This document shows positions 45,136-53,509 of a stretch of 64,000 bases of DNA, piece by piece. Numbering within the stretch: the stretch's first letter is position 1; each line of letters opens with the position of its first letter. The position numbers and the translations under genes are program-made. The stretch lies in the IMG/VR virus record IMGVR_UViG_3300045988_151747; one strand, 5' to 3'. Under the pieces are notes generated by a model, which did no database searches, had not been told where the DNA came from, and saw only the letters and a program-made list of their open reading frames with translations. The DNA is from a virus.

Positions 45136-45392
45136 CTTTCAAATAATATCCATAAATAATACATATTGAGATTCCCCCTGTCAAGTATCTTGGTAACTCT
45201 CAGGGGAGATACAGCCTGAAATTCAAATTCAGCCTTGAAAACTCTTAGGACTAAATTATTATGTAGATAGTCCGTATAGTATTCATTTTCCTTTTGCTTT
45301 TTCAACTTCACGTACTTACATAAGAATATGACAATAAGCAAATCTGTCAGCAGCAAAAGGGCTATTATTCCTATGAGTAACTCAGTAATCAT
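45132..45392 (-). CDS. Small membrane protein
   Basis: N-terminal TMD ITELLIGIIALLLLTDLLIVIFL. Confidence 0.45.
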   Translation of the reverse strand: MITELLIGIIALLLLTDLLIVIFLCKYVKLKKQKENEYYTDYLHNNLVLRVFKAEFEFQAVSPLRVTKILDRGNLNMYYLWILFER

Positions 45393-45721
45393 AATGTAGG
45401 GGCGCTTTTATATATTTCCAATTCTTCCTTAGTCGGAAACCTGCACTTATCCACAGGGAAACTAGGAATTTCAACAATCTCCAGAGGGTCGGTTTCATCC
45501 GGCATCGCTATTGCACTCCCATAGTAGACGAACATCATCTTTGCTCCGGATTTACTTACATCAACAGGGTCAGCCAGTTCAAACATATATTTGCTTGAAC
45601 CCAATTGAGCCACTATGTATGTTCCTTGGTTTACTATGAAACTTTTAGTGACATCATAAAAAGCACCCACTCCGAAAACGGTGGGATTTATAGTTGTTAT
45701 GTGTTCTTTATCTTCACTCAT
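45389..45721 (-). CDS. Hypothetical protein
   Basis: 110-aa ORF. The C-terminal motif KCRFPTKEELEIYK is shared with the next gene upstream. Confidence 0.5.
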   Translation of the reverse strand: MSEDKEHITTINPTVFGVGAFYDVTKSFIVNQGTYIVAQLGSSKYMFELADPVDVSKSGAKMMFVYYGSAIAMPDETDPLEIVEIPSFPVDKCRFPTKEELEIYKSAPTL

Positions 45722-46044
45722 ACTAATGGTAAACGTCTATATTGTTTATACTCATCTGCTGTAAGCAGCCGACATTCGGAAAGCAAGAACTTTCTGTAAC
45801 CATACTGTGTAACATCAAATTTCGGGCAAAACAATGTTCCCGGCTCAATATACACAGGAGTTGAACTTGGAGAGTTTCTTACGTGCACAGGTTTGGAAAC
45901 CTCAAAAAAGAAATATGTGTCATTTCTATATGCGTTTACGGCTACTCCGGCAGGAAGCACTGTTTCACCAGCAGGAAGCCACATAGCGCTTCCTCTCAAA
46001 CCCCTTTCTAATGGGCGTATAAAATCAGCTATTGAATGTGCCAT
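45718..46044 (-). CDS. Hypothetical protein
   Basis: 108-aa ORF with C-terminal ECRLLTADEYKQYRR. Confidence 0.5.
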   Translation of the reverse strand: MAHSIADFIRPLERGLRGSAMWLPAGETVLPAGVAVNAYRNDTYFFFEVSKPVHVRNSPSSTPVYIEPGTLFCPKFDVTQYGYRKFLLSECRLLTADEYKQYRRLPLV

Positions 46045-46078
46045 ATTTGTATTAATTGGTTTACTTGAATATACAAAA

Positions 46079-46405
46079 TTATTTTGATTTTACAAAACGC
46101 TTGCAACCTTTAAGAAGCATTACATGGTATTCCGGCAAACCAGCCTTAACCAAATCAAGAATGACTATGTTTATGCCCTCAACCAGTGCATTATAGGAGT
46201 TTCCTGTAAACTTGTGCCTGTTTACTCCCCATAACAGTCTACCCGGAATTTCACTACGGACGGACAAATACCAGTCGGAACCCTCTTGCACACCTTTGAT
46301 AATTACAGAGTGTGTTCCCAGTGTACCCTCGTCACTGTATTCAAAACAAAAATCCCCAGCCGGATTGCTGGGGAGTAACAACGTCAGAAGTTCTACTTCA
46401 ATCAT
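46079..46405 (-). CDS. Hypothetical protein
   Basis: 108-aa ORF. Confidence 0.5.
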   Translation of the reverse strand: MIEVELLTLLLPSNPAGDFCFEYSDEGTLGTHSVIIKGVQEGSDWYLSVRSEIPGRLLWGVNRHKFTGNSYNALVEGINIVILDLVKAGLPEYHVMLLKGCKRFVKSK

Positions 46406-46422
46406 TAACCTAAACCTAATAA

Positions 46423-47094
46423 TTATCCAATCGCTATCATTTGGTAAAATTCCTGTTTCAGTTCGCCTTCAAAGAAATCTCCCCCCAAACGACAGGTAAC
46501 AGTATCAGAATTTATATCCTCAATTCCTCTCAGTTTCACACAAGTGTGTTCCGCTTTTATGAGAACGGCTACATTGTCCGTATCAAGTATATAACTCAAA
46601 GCATAATAAATTTGTTCGCAAAGTCTTTCCTGAACTTGCGGTCTACGACAGAAAAATTCCACAATACGGTTGATTTTGGAAAGCCCGATAACAGTATTGT
46701 TAGGAATATAGGCAATAAAAGCCTCACCCATCATAGGAATGAAATGATGCTCGCAAGTCGAGTGAACCTTGATGTGTCGTTCAAGAAGCATACTACTGTA
46801 ATGCATCTTATTCTGTATAGTGGTTATCTTAGGGAAATTATGGTAATCAAGCCCCCAAAATATTTCATCCACATACATACGGGCAATTCTTTTCGGAGTA
46901 TCCGAAAGCGAATCATCATCCATATCCAAACCCAATGAGGTCATTATATTATGAACGGATTCCTCAATTACTTTTTTCTTGGAATCGGTATCAAGGGAAG
47001 CACTTATTTCCAAAGGGGTTTCAACACCATTATTCATAAGTTCCTTATGGACTTTAATCCCAAGTTCATAGTCAGTCTTATTTTTATCCAACAT
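46423..47094 (-). CDS. folE: GTP cyclohydrolase I (FolE)
   Basis: ...HSTCEHHFIPMMGEAFIAYIPNNTVIGLSKINRIVEFFCRRPQVQERL... is the GCH-I signature block. Confidence 0.9.
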   Translation of the reverse strand: MLDKNKTDYELGIKVHKELMNNGVETPLEISASLDTDSKKKVIEESVHNIMTSLGLDMDDDSLSDTPKRIARMYVDEIFWGLDYHNFPKITTIQNKMHYSSMLLERHIKVHSTCEHHFIPMMGEAFIAYIPNNTVIGLSKINRIVEFFCRRPQVQERLCEQIYYALSYILDTDNVAVLIKAEHTCVKLRGIEDINSDTVTCRLGGDFFEGELKQEFYQMIAIG

Positions 47095-47095
47095 A

Positions 47096-47398
47096 TTAAA
47101 GAGCGTCTAAGTCGTTCAACAAGTTTGCATATTTATCTGGGGAAAACTCATTGTAGTGTTTCTCCATGATTTTTTTCACATCTCTCAAGGAAACTTCCTT
47201 GTCGGTAATAACCCTACTAACAGAGAATAAATCCGGGCTGTCAAGACAGAAATCCCGTGCATATCCTACGGCAACGGTTCTTGTGGTGTCATAAAAGAAA
47301 ATGATTCTCTTTCGTTCAACTCCGACAGTTCCCTGTCGTACCACATATTCCTTACCATCCTGTGTTATGAACATAGGTTCTTTGTTACGTATATCCAT
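47096..47398 (-). CDS. Hypothetical protein
   Basis: 100-aa ORF. Confidence 0.5.
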   Translation of the reverse strand: MDIRNKEPMFITQDGKEYVVRQGTVGVERKRIIFFYDTTRTVAVGYARDFCLDSPDLFSVSRVITDKEVSLRDVKKIMEKHYNEFSPDKYANLLNDLDAL

Positions 47399-47676
47399 TA
47401 CACAGTTTTTACGTTAGTAATCTCGGCAGTACCTTCTACTTTAATAAAGTCACCTTGTAATGCCCCAAAATACTCAACCATGCCGGCAGGTATCGCAACT
47501 CCTGCACCCATAGCCTCGGAATCAGATTTTTCCAAACTCCAAAGACGCACATCAGTTTCGGCATATACTCTTAATATAGAATCAGTAGCCTGAACTACTG
47601 AATCTGAAACACTGGTGGCGATGTCAATGCTCATACATTGCATTACTCGCCCTCTGTTATCAACTCCTGCACCCAT
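47398..47676 (-). CDS. Hypothetical protein
   Basis: 92-aa ORF directly downstream of the sigma factor gene. Confidence 0.5.
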   Translation of the reverse strand: MGAGVDNRGRVMQCMSIDIATSVSDSVVQATDSILRVYAETDVRLWSLEKSDSEAMGAGVAIPAGMVEYFGALQGDFIKVEGTAEITNVKTV

Positions 47677-47712
47677 AGCATAATAATTTTTATTTTCACA
47701 AATATATAAAGA

Positions 47713-48195
47713 TTATACGTATTCACCTAGTTCAGAGGCCAATATTTTTCGTGCAGAGAATATCCGGCTCTTTACCGTACCCATAGGAATAGATAACTGG
47801 TCGGATATTTCTTGGTAGGAAAACCCATTCATGTACATGGTAATCGGTTCATTCAGAAAAGGCGGAAGTTTTCTTACCGTTTCGAGAATTTCCTCTTGTA
47901 CAAGATGGTCGCCACTATTGTCTATACGGGTAGATATAGGAGTGAGATTTTCAAAATGATACCGACTGTTCCATCTAACATCATTAATGAAAATATTTCT
48001 CATTACAGTAGCAGACCAAGCCCCGAAAAATGTACCGTCCTCATACTTATCATAGTTTTCCAGTACCTTTAAACAGGTGTCCTGAAATAATTCCTCGGCT
48101 ACATCCGGGTCTTTACATAGAAATTTTGCGTATGTGTGTAAACGGGTAAACTGGCTGACAAGTTGTTTACCCACTTCATCCCTCGTCATATTCAT
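47713..48195 (-). CDS. ECF-type sigma-70 family RNA polymerase sigma factor
   Basis: Region 2 (ELFQDTCLKVLENYDKYED...FGAWSATVMRNIFINDVR) and region 4 HTH (YMNGFSYQEISDQLSIPMGTVKSRIFSARKIL) are both present. Confidence 0.85.
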   Translation of the reverse strand: MNMTRDEVGKQLVSQFTRLHTYAKFLCKDPDVAEELFQDTCLKVLENYDKYEDGTFFGAWSATVMRNIFINDVRWNSRYHFENLTPISTRIDNSGDHLVQEEILETVRKLPPFLNEPITMYMNGFSYQEISDQLSIPMGTVKSRIFSARKILASELGEYV

Positions 48196-48388
48196 ACGGA
48201 TTATTATAGTCCACTACTGCATTTCCCTCCACATACTTCACGTAATAGTACGTATCATTGACTTTTATAAGGGGAATATACTGCCCGTTTGCAAAAGTTC
48301 CGGAACGTCTGGGAACATCACCTACACAACCCACAACATAGTGGTCTGAGTTATAAAGAACCCAAGATGCAATTTCTTCTACATTCAT
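48176..48388 (-). CDS. Hypothetical protein
   Basis: 70-aa ORF. Confidence 0.45.
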   Translation of the reverse strand: MNVEEIASWVLYNSDHYVVGCVGDVPRRSGTFANGQYIPLIKVNDTYYYVKYVEGNAVVDYNNPYEYDEG

Positions 48389-48690
48389 TGTATCAATAGC
48401 ATTATAAGATTAATAGATAATTCATTCTCAATAACTAAATGACTGCCACCCCATACATCTTGCAATGTATCGTCATAACCTATGAGCCGGTAGAAACCGT
48501 ATCTCTCACCGACTTTTCTACATAGCAAATGATAATGAGGCTTGGACTTTGGAGCATCGGAACCCAATTCGACAGCATCAGAAAAAGACGGTTCCGTATG
48601 ACTGTCACCCTGTACCTCTATAATACGGTACGGACCTGTAACCACTCCGCAATCATGGTGTACAGTAACAATCATTCCCTCTCTAAGCAT
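48385..48690 (-). CDS. Hypothetical protein
   Basis: 101-aa ORF. Confidence 0.5.
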   Translation of the reverse strand: MLREGMIVTVHHDCGVVTGPYRIIEVQGDSHTEPSFSDAVELGSDAPKSKPHYHLLCRKVGERYGFYRLIGYDDTLQDVWGGSHLVIENELSINLIMLLIQ

Positions 48691-49078
48691 ACGGAGTAAG
48701 TTTACAGATTAAAACATAGGCATCCTCGGTATTCTTCATCGGAATGGTTTTCTGAATACTGAACGAGCATCCCAAAGGAATTTTTTCTATATTGTAGAAT
48801 ATCACTTCACAAGAAGCAAAATCCTTAAAGGACAGACCATCTTCATAAGTATATTCACAGCCGGCAGCTTTAGTAAGAAACATAACAGCCTGTTCGGGAG
48901 ATATGAAACGGTCGGTTTTCATTTGAATCTCTCCACATAGTTTCTCCTTTGCAAACTGCTTTTCGATAACTTTTATTTCATCAAATATTCTCCTGCGCAC
49001 TACTATGGGAAATTCCTCAATAACCTCAGTAAAATTTAAACTTAGCTGTGTGACAGTCATAATTCCTAAACTTATCAT
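48683..49078 (-). CDS. Hypothetical protein
   Basis: 131-aa ORF. Confidence 0.5.
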   Translation of the reverse strand: MISLGIMTVTQLSLNFTEVIEEFPIVVRRRIFDEIKVIEKQFAKEKLCGEIQMKTDRFISPEQAVMFLTKAAGCEYTYEDGLSFKDFASCEVIFYNIEKIPLGCSFSIQKTIPMKNTEDAYVLICKLTPYA

Positions 49079-49193
49079 GGCATTTTGTTTTAGTTACGGT
49101 TGAATATACAAAAAATAAGGCATCTTACAAAACGCCATAAAATAGGGTGACTACTTCACAGTAACCACCCTAGCACCCGTTTAGAATAAATTT

Positions 49194-49742
49194 TTAGAAT
49201 TTACTTTCTACATGGAAATATTTTCTAATCCAGTAGGGACGGTCTTTGTCCTTCAAGTCAGTCAAAGCAAGGTCATAGCAAGCGATAATGTATTTGTCCT
49301 TATCATCGCCAATCCATTTCAAGATAACACTGTTCTGGTCGGAAGCAGCCTTGTTCATTGCAACATACAATGCCCATTTGTTGTAGTAAGGTTCACATTC
49401 AACCCTACCATCATGTTGCTCAACCTTTTCAAACAGCTCATCGGGGTCACGCCATTTGGGTCCTTTACTACCATCCTGATTCTGAAATGCGGCAACGATT
49501 TCCTCGGCTTCATTTTCAGTAAGGAAGTTATAGTATTTAAGAGTACCCTCATAACATTCAAGAACTTCTTTAGCCATTCTCGGATTTACATCAGCAAGAA
49601 CAGTGAAAGCCTTTTTAAACGCCAATAGGGATATTTTAATATCCTCGGCATCATTTGCTGTGGTAGCCTCATTAAAGACGGAACAGAATTTGTCCATCAA
49701 TTCATCTTTAGTCATAATCGTCCTAGTTTTTATTTTCCGCAA
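49194..49742 (-). CDS. Hypothetical protein
   Basis: 182-aa ORF. Confidence 0.55.
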   Translation of the reverse strand: MRKIKTRTIMTKDELMDKFCSVFNEATTANDAEDIKISLLAFKKAFTVLADVNPRMAKEVLECYEGTLKYYNFLTENEAEEIVAAFQNQDGSKGPKWRDPDELFEKVEQHDGRVECEPYYNKWALYVAMNKAASDQNSVILKWIGDDKDKYIIACYDLALTDLKDKDRPYWIRKYFHVESKF

Positions 49743-50069
49743 TTAGGGCAGTTTATCACTTTCGGAGGAACTTGTTGTATCGTCCTCGGCTTGATATATT
49801 TTCCCATAACTTTTGGTGTAATAGTAGTTAAAAACATTAAGAAGAAGCTCAACCCATAATGCCAGATACGCCAAAGTGAATGAGTAAAAGAGGCTGGGAA
49901 TAACCCCCTGCCCGGTAATGAACAGGGAGTATCCCAGTGTCGTCCAAAAGGTAAGGCACTTGGAACAATTCAAAACCACGTTCTTTTTACTATGAAAGGT
50001 TATGATTTCTGCAAGCCCCAAATGGTTGAATAGGACGGCTATTAGCATTATGTAGATTAAGTCAATCAT
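49743..50069 (-). CDS. Multi-pass small membrane protein
   Basis: 108 aa with about three hydrophobic helices and an acidic C-terminal tail. Confidence 0.5.
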   Translation of the reverse strand: MIDLIYIMLIAVLFNHLGLAEIITFHSKKNVVLNCSKCLTFWTTLGYSLFITGQGVIPSLFYSFTLAYLALWVELLLNVFNYYYTKSYGKIYQAEDDTTSSSESDKLP

Positions 50070-50071
50070 TC

Positions 50072-50515
50072 TTATTTCTTAGCTACGGCTACAGAAGCGG
50101 CTTCTGCTGCGGTAGCAAATGCAATAGTCACAGGTGTAAGCAAGTTATACCCATGTACGTTTCCGTTACATTTCACATTAGCGGCCGATTCAAGAGTTTC
50201 TCCTACTGTAAGAGTAGGTGCGGCTGTTTCGGCAGTTGCAAAAATAACATCGAAGCTCTCAGTGAACATTCTTGTAAGAGGCCGGCAGCAGCATCTAGGG
50301 TTGTTACCTCGTGGCATGTAGGTAATACTACCTTTAGCCAAAATAGTAAGATACGTCATTCCGTTAAGAACTTGCTGGCTGGCTACGGAAAATTTCACGT
50401 CAGCCTGTGGTTGAACCGTTGCGTTCAGACAATAGCATTGGCAAAGGTTCTCGGTTATACTCACCGCATATTGCTGGGAGTTAGCCGAAATTGCAATAGG
50501 TGTTACGTTAATCAT
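50072..50515 (-). CDS. Hypothetical protein with Cys clusters (CQCYC, RCCCR)
   Basis: 147-aa ORF, beta-rich and Ala/Thr-rich. Confidence 0.5.
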   Translation of the reverse strand: MINVTPIAISANSQQYAVSITENLCQCYCLNATVQPQADVKFSVASQQVLNGMTYLTILAKGSITYMPRGNNPRCCCRPLTRMFTESFDVIFATAETAAPTLTVGETLESAANVKCNGNVHGYNLLTPVTIAFATAAEAASVAVAKK

Positions 50516-50534
50516 AATCCTTATTCAATTAGGT

Positions 50535-50783
50535 TTATTTTTTATTTGGGGCTTCTTCCGCCTTGGGTTTTTCCTCGGCAGGTACGTCACCGCCCAAATT
50601 CGGTGACTGTATAGGGGCGCTACCCGGTGTTAGGATAGGGGTCAAAACCTGAATCAGTCCTGAAACAATAGTCTGCATATTCATAAGTAGCTCCTGATTT
50701 TTCAGACCTAACTGTACTGCGCAATACGCTCTATTACCTATATCACAGGTAGCGCAATTTTTATCACAACCTTCTTTAGCCAT
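50535..50783 (-). CDS. Small protein with an N-terminal CX3CX2CX7C motif
   Basis: MAKEGCDKNCATCDIGNRAYCAV..., then a Pro-rich C-terminal tail. Confidence 0.5.
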   Translation of the reverse strand: MAKEGCDKNCATCDIGNRAYCAVQLGLKNQELLMNMQTIVSGLIQVLTPILTPGSAPIQSPNLGGDVPAEEKPKAEEAPNKK

Positions 50784-50787
50784 AACT

Positions 50788-50991
50788 TTAACTGTTTAAG
50801 AAATTAATAATTCCTGCCTTTACAAACATATTGGACTTCCATCGTCCTAATGCGGTGGTAAGTTTGCTTGCAGTAACTGCACGCCCTTCTTTGCGATTTT
50901 CCTCAATAAATGCATGTACCGCTTTTCTACATTCTTCTACTTCCTGTTCTGTTTCAGCGTAGATAAACAATTTCATTTCAAATGCCTGCAT
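50788..50991 (-). CDS. Hypothetical protein
   Basis: 67-aa ORF. Confidence 0.45.
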   Translation of the reverse strand: MQAFEMKLFIYAETEQEVEECRKAVHAFIEENRKEGRAVTASKLTTALGRWKSNMFVKAGIINFLNS

Positions 50992-51004
50992 AATATTCTA
51001 AATT

Positions 51005-51358
51005 TTATTCAGTAGGTAACGGAGGAATATCCACGGGAGGTGTGGTCGGAGTATTGATAATCGGCTCACCTTTCCTTATGGATTGTATAAAGTTGAATGT
51101 TCTTGTAACATCATCCTGATGTTCGTTGAACCATCCGAGAATAGTTCCGGCAGTTTCCTTTATCTGTTGGAAAGTAGTAGGTACTACTGGGTCGGTATCT
51201 GGCAACTGCATATCTTTAGCAAAGAAATCATACATTTCCGTAGCCTTTTTCAAATCACCGTTTGCAATAGCCAGACAGGACATCTTCAATGACATCTTAC
51301 TACTTGTTCTCAGTCCTTTAAGCATTTCCAACTTCACTTTATTGTTACTCCAAATCAT
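51005..51358 (-). CDS. Hypothetical protein
   Basis: 117-aa ORF with a Pro/Thr-rich C-terminus. Confidence 0.5.
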   Translation of the reverse strand: MIWSNNKVKLEMLKGLRTSSKMSLKMSCLAIANGDLKKATEMYDFFAKDMQLPDTDPVVPTTFQQIKETAGTILGWFNEHQDDVTRTFNFIQSIRKGEPIINTPTTPPVDIPPLPTE

Positions 51359-51408
51359 GTTTAAACGGGTTAAAGGGAGTTCCCCTATTTAGAGAACTCC
51401 CGAAGTTT

Positions 51409-51915
51409 TTACTGATTGCATCCGCATCCAGTGTTGCAGCAACAAGGCATAGCCGGTTGATACAAAGCTACGGGTTGAGGATTAACCTGTCCGTTTCTTC
51501 CGGAACCACCGTTCAGTAACAAAGCCAAAGCCTCTGCCTGAGCCAAAGCACTTGCATTAGCACCTGCTCCTGCGCCTGCTCCACTTTGTGCATTAGTGAT
51601 GATACGGATAATATCCAGATTGTTAGGAGTCTGGTTATTCTGGTGGTTAACTCTCTCAGCACGTTCTGCCAAAGCAGTAGTAGCCAGAATATCAATAGCA
51701 CGTTGGTTGCCCTTGCTCTGTGAGTTGGCATAAACACCACCGAAAATCCATGCGCCTACGGCTGCAAGGAGTGCGGTACTACCAATTGCCAGACCTGCGA
51801 TACCAACACCTGATGGTCGTCTAGCTGATTTCTCAGCCATCATAAAATGTTCGTAAGAACTCATGTCAGTTCCTTTACCCATGTTAGCGATGGTCATTAA
51901 TTCTTCCGCTGTCAT
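51409..51915 (-). CDS. Membrane-anchored protein with a (GA)n tract and a C-terminal CCCNTGCGCNQ cluster
   Basis: 168 aa. Contains the TMD GVGIAGLAIGSTALLAAVGAWIFGGVYA, a SGAGAGAGANASALAQAEALALLL tract, and the terminal PAMPCCCNTGCGCNQ. Confidence 0.55.
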   Translation of the reverse strand: MTAEELMTIANMGKGTDMSSYEHFMMAEKSARRPSGVGIAGLAIGSTALLAAVGAWIFGGVYANSQSKGNQRAIDILATTALAERAERVNHQNNQTPNNLDIIRIITNAQSGAGAGAGANASALAQAEALALLLNGGSGRNGQVNPQPVALYQPAMPCCCNTGCGCNQ

Positions 51916-52013
51916 AATAGTAAGTTTTTAATGATAATTTTTAGAAATCTTCCTCTCATTAGGAATTGGTTCAAAGTTCGCTAAACATTCTCTCTTGGGA
52001 AAGGAATAAGTTA

Positions 52014-52322
52014 CTAGCCCTTTACTTTTTCTTTACTGTCGAACACTTTAGCGTAAACTCTCTCATAGTTCAGATTCACAAAATAACGCTTACGCCTGTA
52101 TTTAAAGTTATTACGTATAATACATACACCCGGACGTGTAAGTCCTGTAAGCTCCGCGATTTTATTATCTGAGAAACTACGGTTGCCCAGTATGTAGACT
52201 AGAATGTGTCGGGCATCCACACATTCCTCACAATTAGAGGTTAGAATCTTATCCTTGGAGATTCCTGTAACTTCTTCAACGACGCTCATTATGCGGTCGT
52301 ACATTTCAATCATGGTATTCAT
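52014..52322 (-). CDS. DnaA-C-terminal-domain-like HTH protein (tentative)
   Basis: ...CVDARHILVYILGNRSFSDNKIAELTGLTRPGVCIIRNNF... resembles the DnaA domain IV / Bac_DnaA_C helix-turn-helix. Confidence 0.5.
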   Translation of the reverse strand: MNTMIEMYDRIMSVVEEVTGISKDKILTSNCEECVDARHILVYILGNRSFSDNKIAELTGLTRPGVCIIRNNFKYRRKRYFVNLNYERVYAKVFDSKEKVKG

Positions 52323-52387
52323 TTTATATTCCAGTTAAACCTTTCTCTTAACTAATTTGTTACCTTTGTAATAACACCCCAAAAGTA

Positions 52388-52708
52388 ATGTATATAAAAA
52401 ACCCAGTCAATGACGTAAATACATCATATTTCAGTGAAGCTGAATTAAGAGTAGTGAAATTATTAGCCAGTGGCTCGTCTGAGAAGGAGATTGCTGACAG
52501 GCTATGTATCTCACGCCACACTGTTGACAACCATCTGAGGAATATTAGGGAGAGATTCGGCTTGCATAAGAATACGGAGATTATACTTCTGTATATTGCA
52601 CAATTGAACCACAAACCATTCTCATTAGCCAATATAAAACAATATGGTCTTGAAGTAATCCTTGTGCTGGTGAATATCTGTACTTATACCGATTTGAAAA
52701 GTCTGTAA
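52388..52708 (+). CDS. LuxR/GerE-family HTH transcriptional regulator (the only convincing + strand gene)
   Basis: SEAELRVVKLLASGSSEKEIADRLCISRHTVDNHLRNIRERFG is a canonical LuxR-type HTH. Confidence 0.8.
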   Translation: MYIKNPVNDVNTSYFSEAELRVVKLLASGSSEKEIADRLCISRHTVDNHLRNIRERFGLHKNTEIILLYIAQLNHKPFSLANIKQYGLEVILVLVNICTYTDLKSL

Positions 52709-53046
52709 GTAATAAGAGTGAGTAGAAAGAAAATTATTCCTATGCCGGACAGAAGCGTTACGGCATAGAAGTACACAACCTCGCTTATAGGTACGTATTT
52801 GTAGATGAACGAACAGGCACAGATTCCTAGCAGGCATCCCAAGTTCAGTTTGTACCAAATACACATACGTTTTGCCGTAGCCATAACATAAAGAATCATT
52901 ATCACAGAAAATCCTGCATTGATTGAACAATTATACACGAAGCTGTCTGTCAGCGAACCATTCAAGAATTTGTATCCGTGAATGTAGGCTGTTATAGTAC
53001 AGATAAACGGTGCATACAACCGAACTAATCTACGCAGGACATCCAT
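52684..53046 (-). CDS. Multi-pass membrane protein
   Basis: 120 aa with 3-4 hydrophobic helices. Converges on the LuxR gene, with a 25-nt 3' overlap. Confidence 0.5.
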   Translation of the reverse strand: MDVLRRLVRLYAPFICTITAYIHGYKFLNGSLTDSFVYNCSINAGFSVIMILYVMATAKRMCIWYKLNLGCLLGICACSFIYKYVPISEVVYFYAVTLLSGIGIIFFLLTLITYRLFKSV

Positions 53047-53080
53047 AGGCTTAAAAATGACTTTATTGCTTTGACCGATG

Positions 53081-53113
53081 CAAATATAATAGATTTATCC
53101 GAATAGGCACAAA
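53081..53113 (-). promoter_or_regulatory. Bacteroidetes sigma-A-type promoter (TTTG-N21-TATATTTG)
   Basis: Minus strand reads tttTTTGtgcctattcggataaatctatTATATTTGcatcgg. Confidence 0.55.
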
Positions 53114-53142
53114 AAAAGAGGAACTTTCTCAAGCTCCTCTTT
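53111..53142 (-). terminator. Rho-independent terminator after ORF 53190..53423
   Basis: An 8-bp stem (AAAGAGGA / TCCTCTTT) with a 12-nt loop; on the minus strand the 3' arm runs into a T run. Confidence 0.7.
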
Positions 53143-53189
53143 CAAAAACCAATTAAATTACAATCATTTATTGCACAAACAAACAAGTT

Positions 53190-53423
53190 TTAACCGCCAG
53201 CTCCACCGATTTCAGCCCAATCAGCCACAGCCTTTTTGGTATCCACACGGATATAGAGTTTCTTACCAGTCAAGTCAGTGTACTGTGAACCTACTTTAAA
53301 TACATGAGTGTCCGTAACCAATCTATCGTCAACATCAGCCGGAGCACCCTTACCAATCGCAACAGCATACAAATGTGTCTTATCTGCCGGATTGAGGATT
53401 GTTAAGTTTTCAATTTTAGCCAT
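53190..53423 (-). CDS. Hypothetical protein
   Basis: 77-aa ORF that looks like a monocistronic unit, with a terminator directly downstream. Confidence 0.5.
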   Translation of the reverse strand: MAKIENLTILNPADKTHLYAVAIGKGAPADVDDRLVTDTHVFKVGSQYTDLTGKKLYIRVDTKKAVADWAEIGGAGG

Positions 53424-53509
53424 TTTGTTAAACTTTTAAATATTACACATTTTTGAAACGTCAACTACGAAATTCTGTTCCGTTTCAAAGATACAAATAA
53501 TATTCTTAA

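Noticed and set aside
52360-52632. Minus-strand ORF 52360..52632 (90 aa).
   Set aside because: It lies antisense to the LuxR-type gene, which has an unmistakable HTH motif. The minus-strand product has no features and an odd composition.
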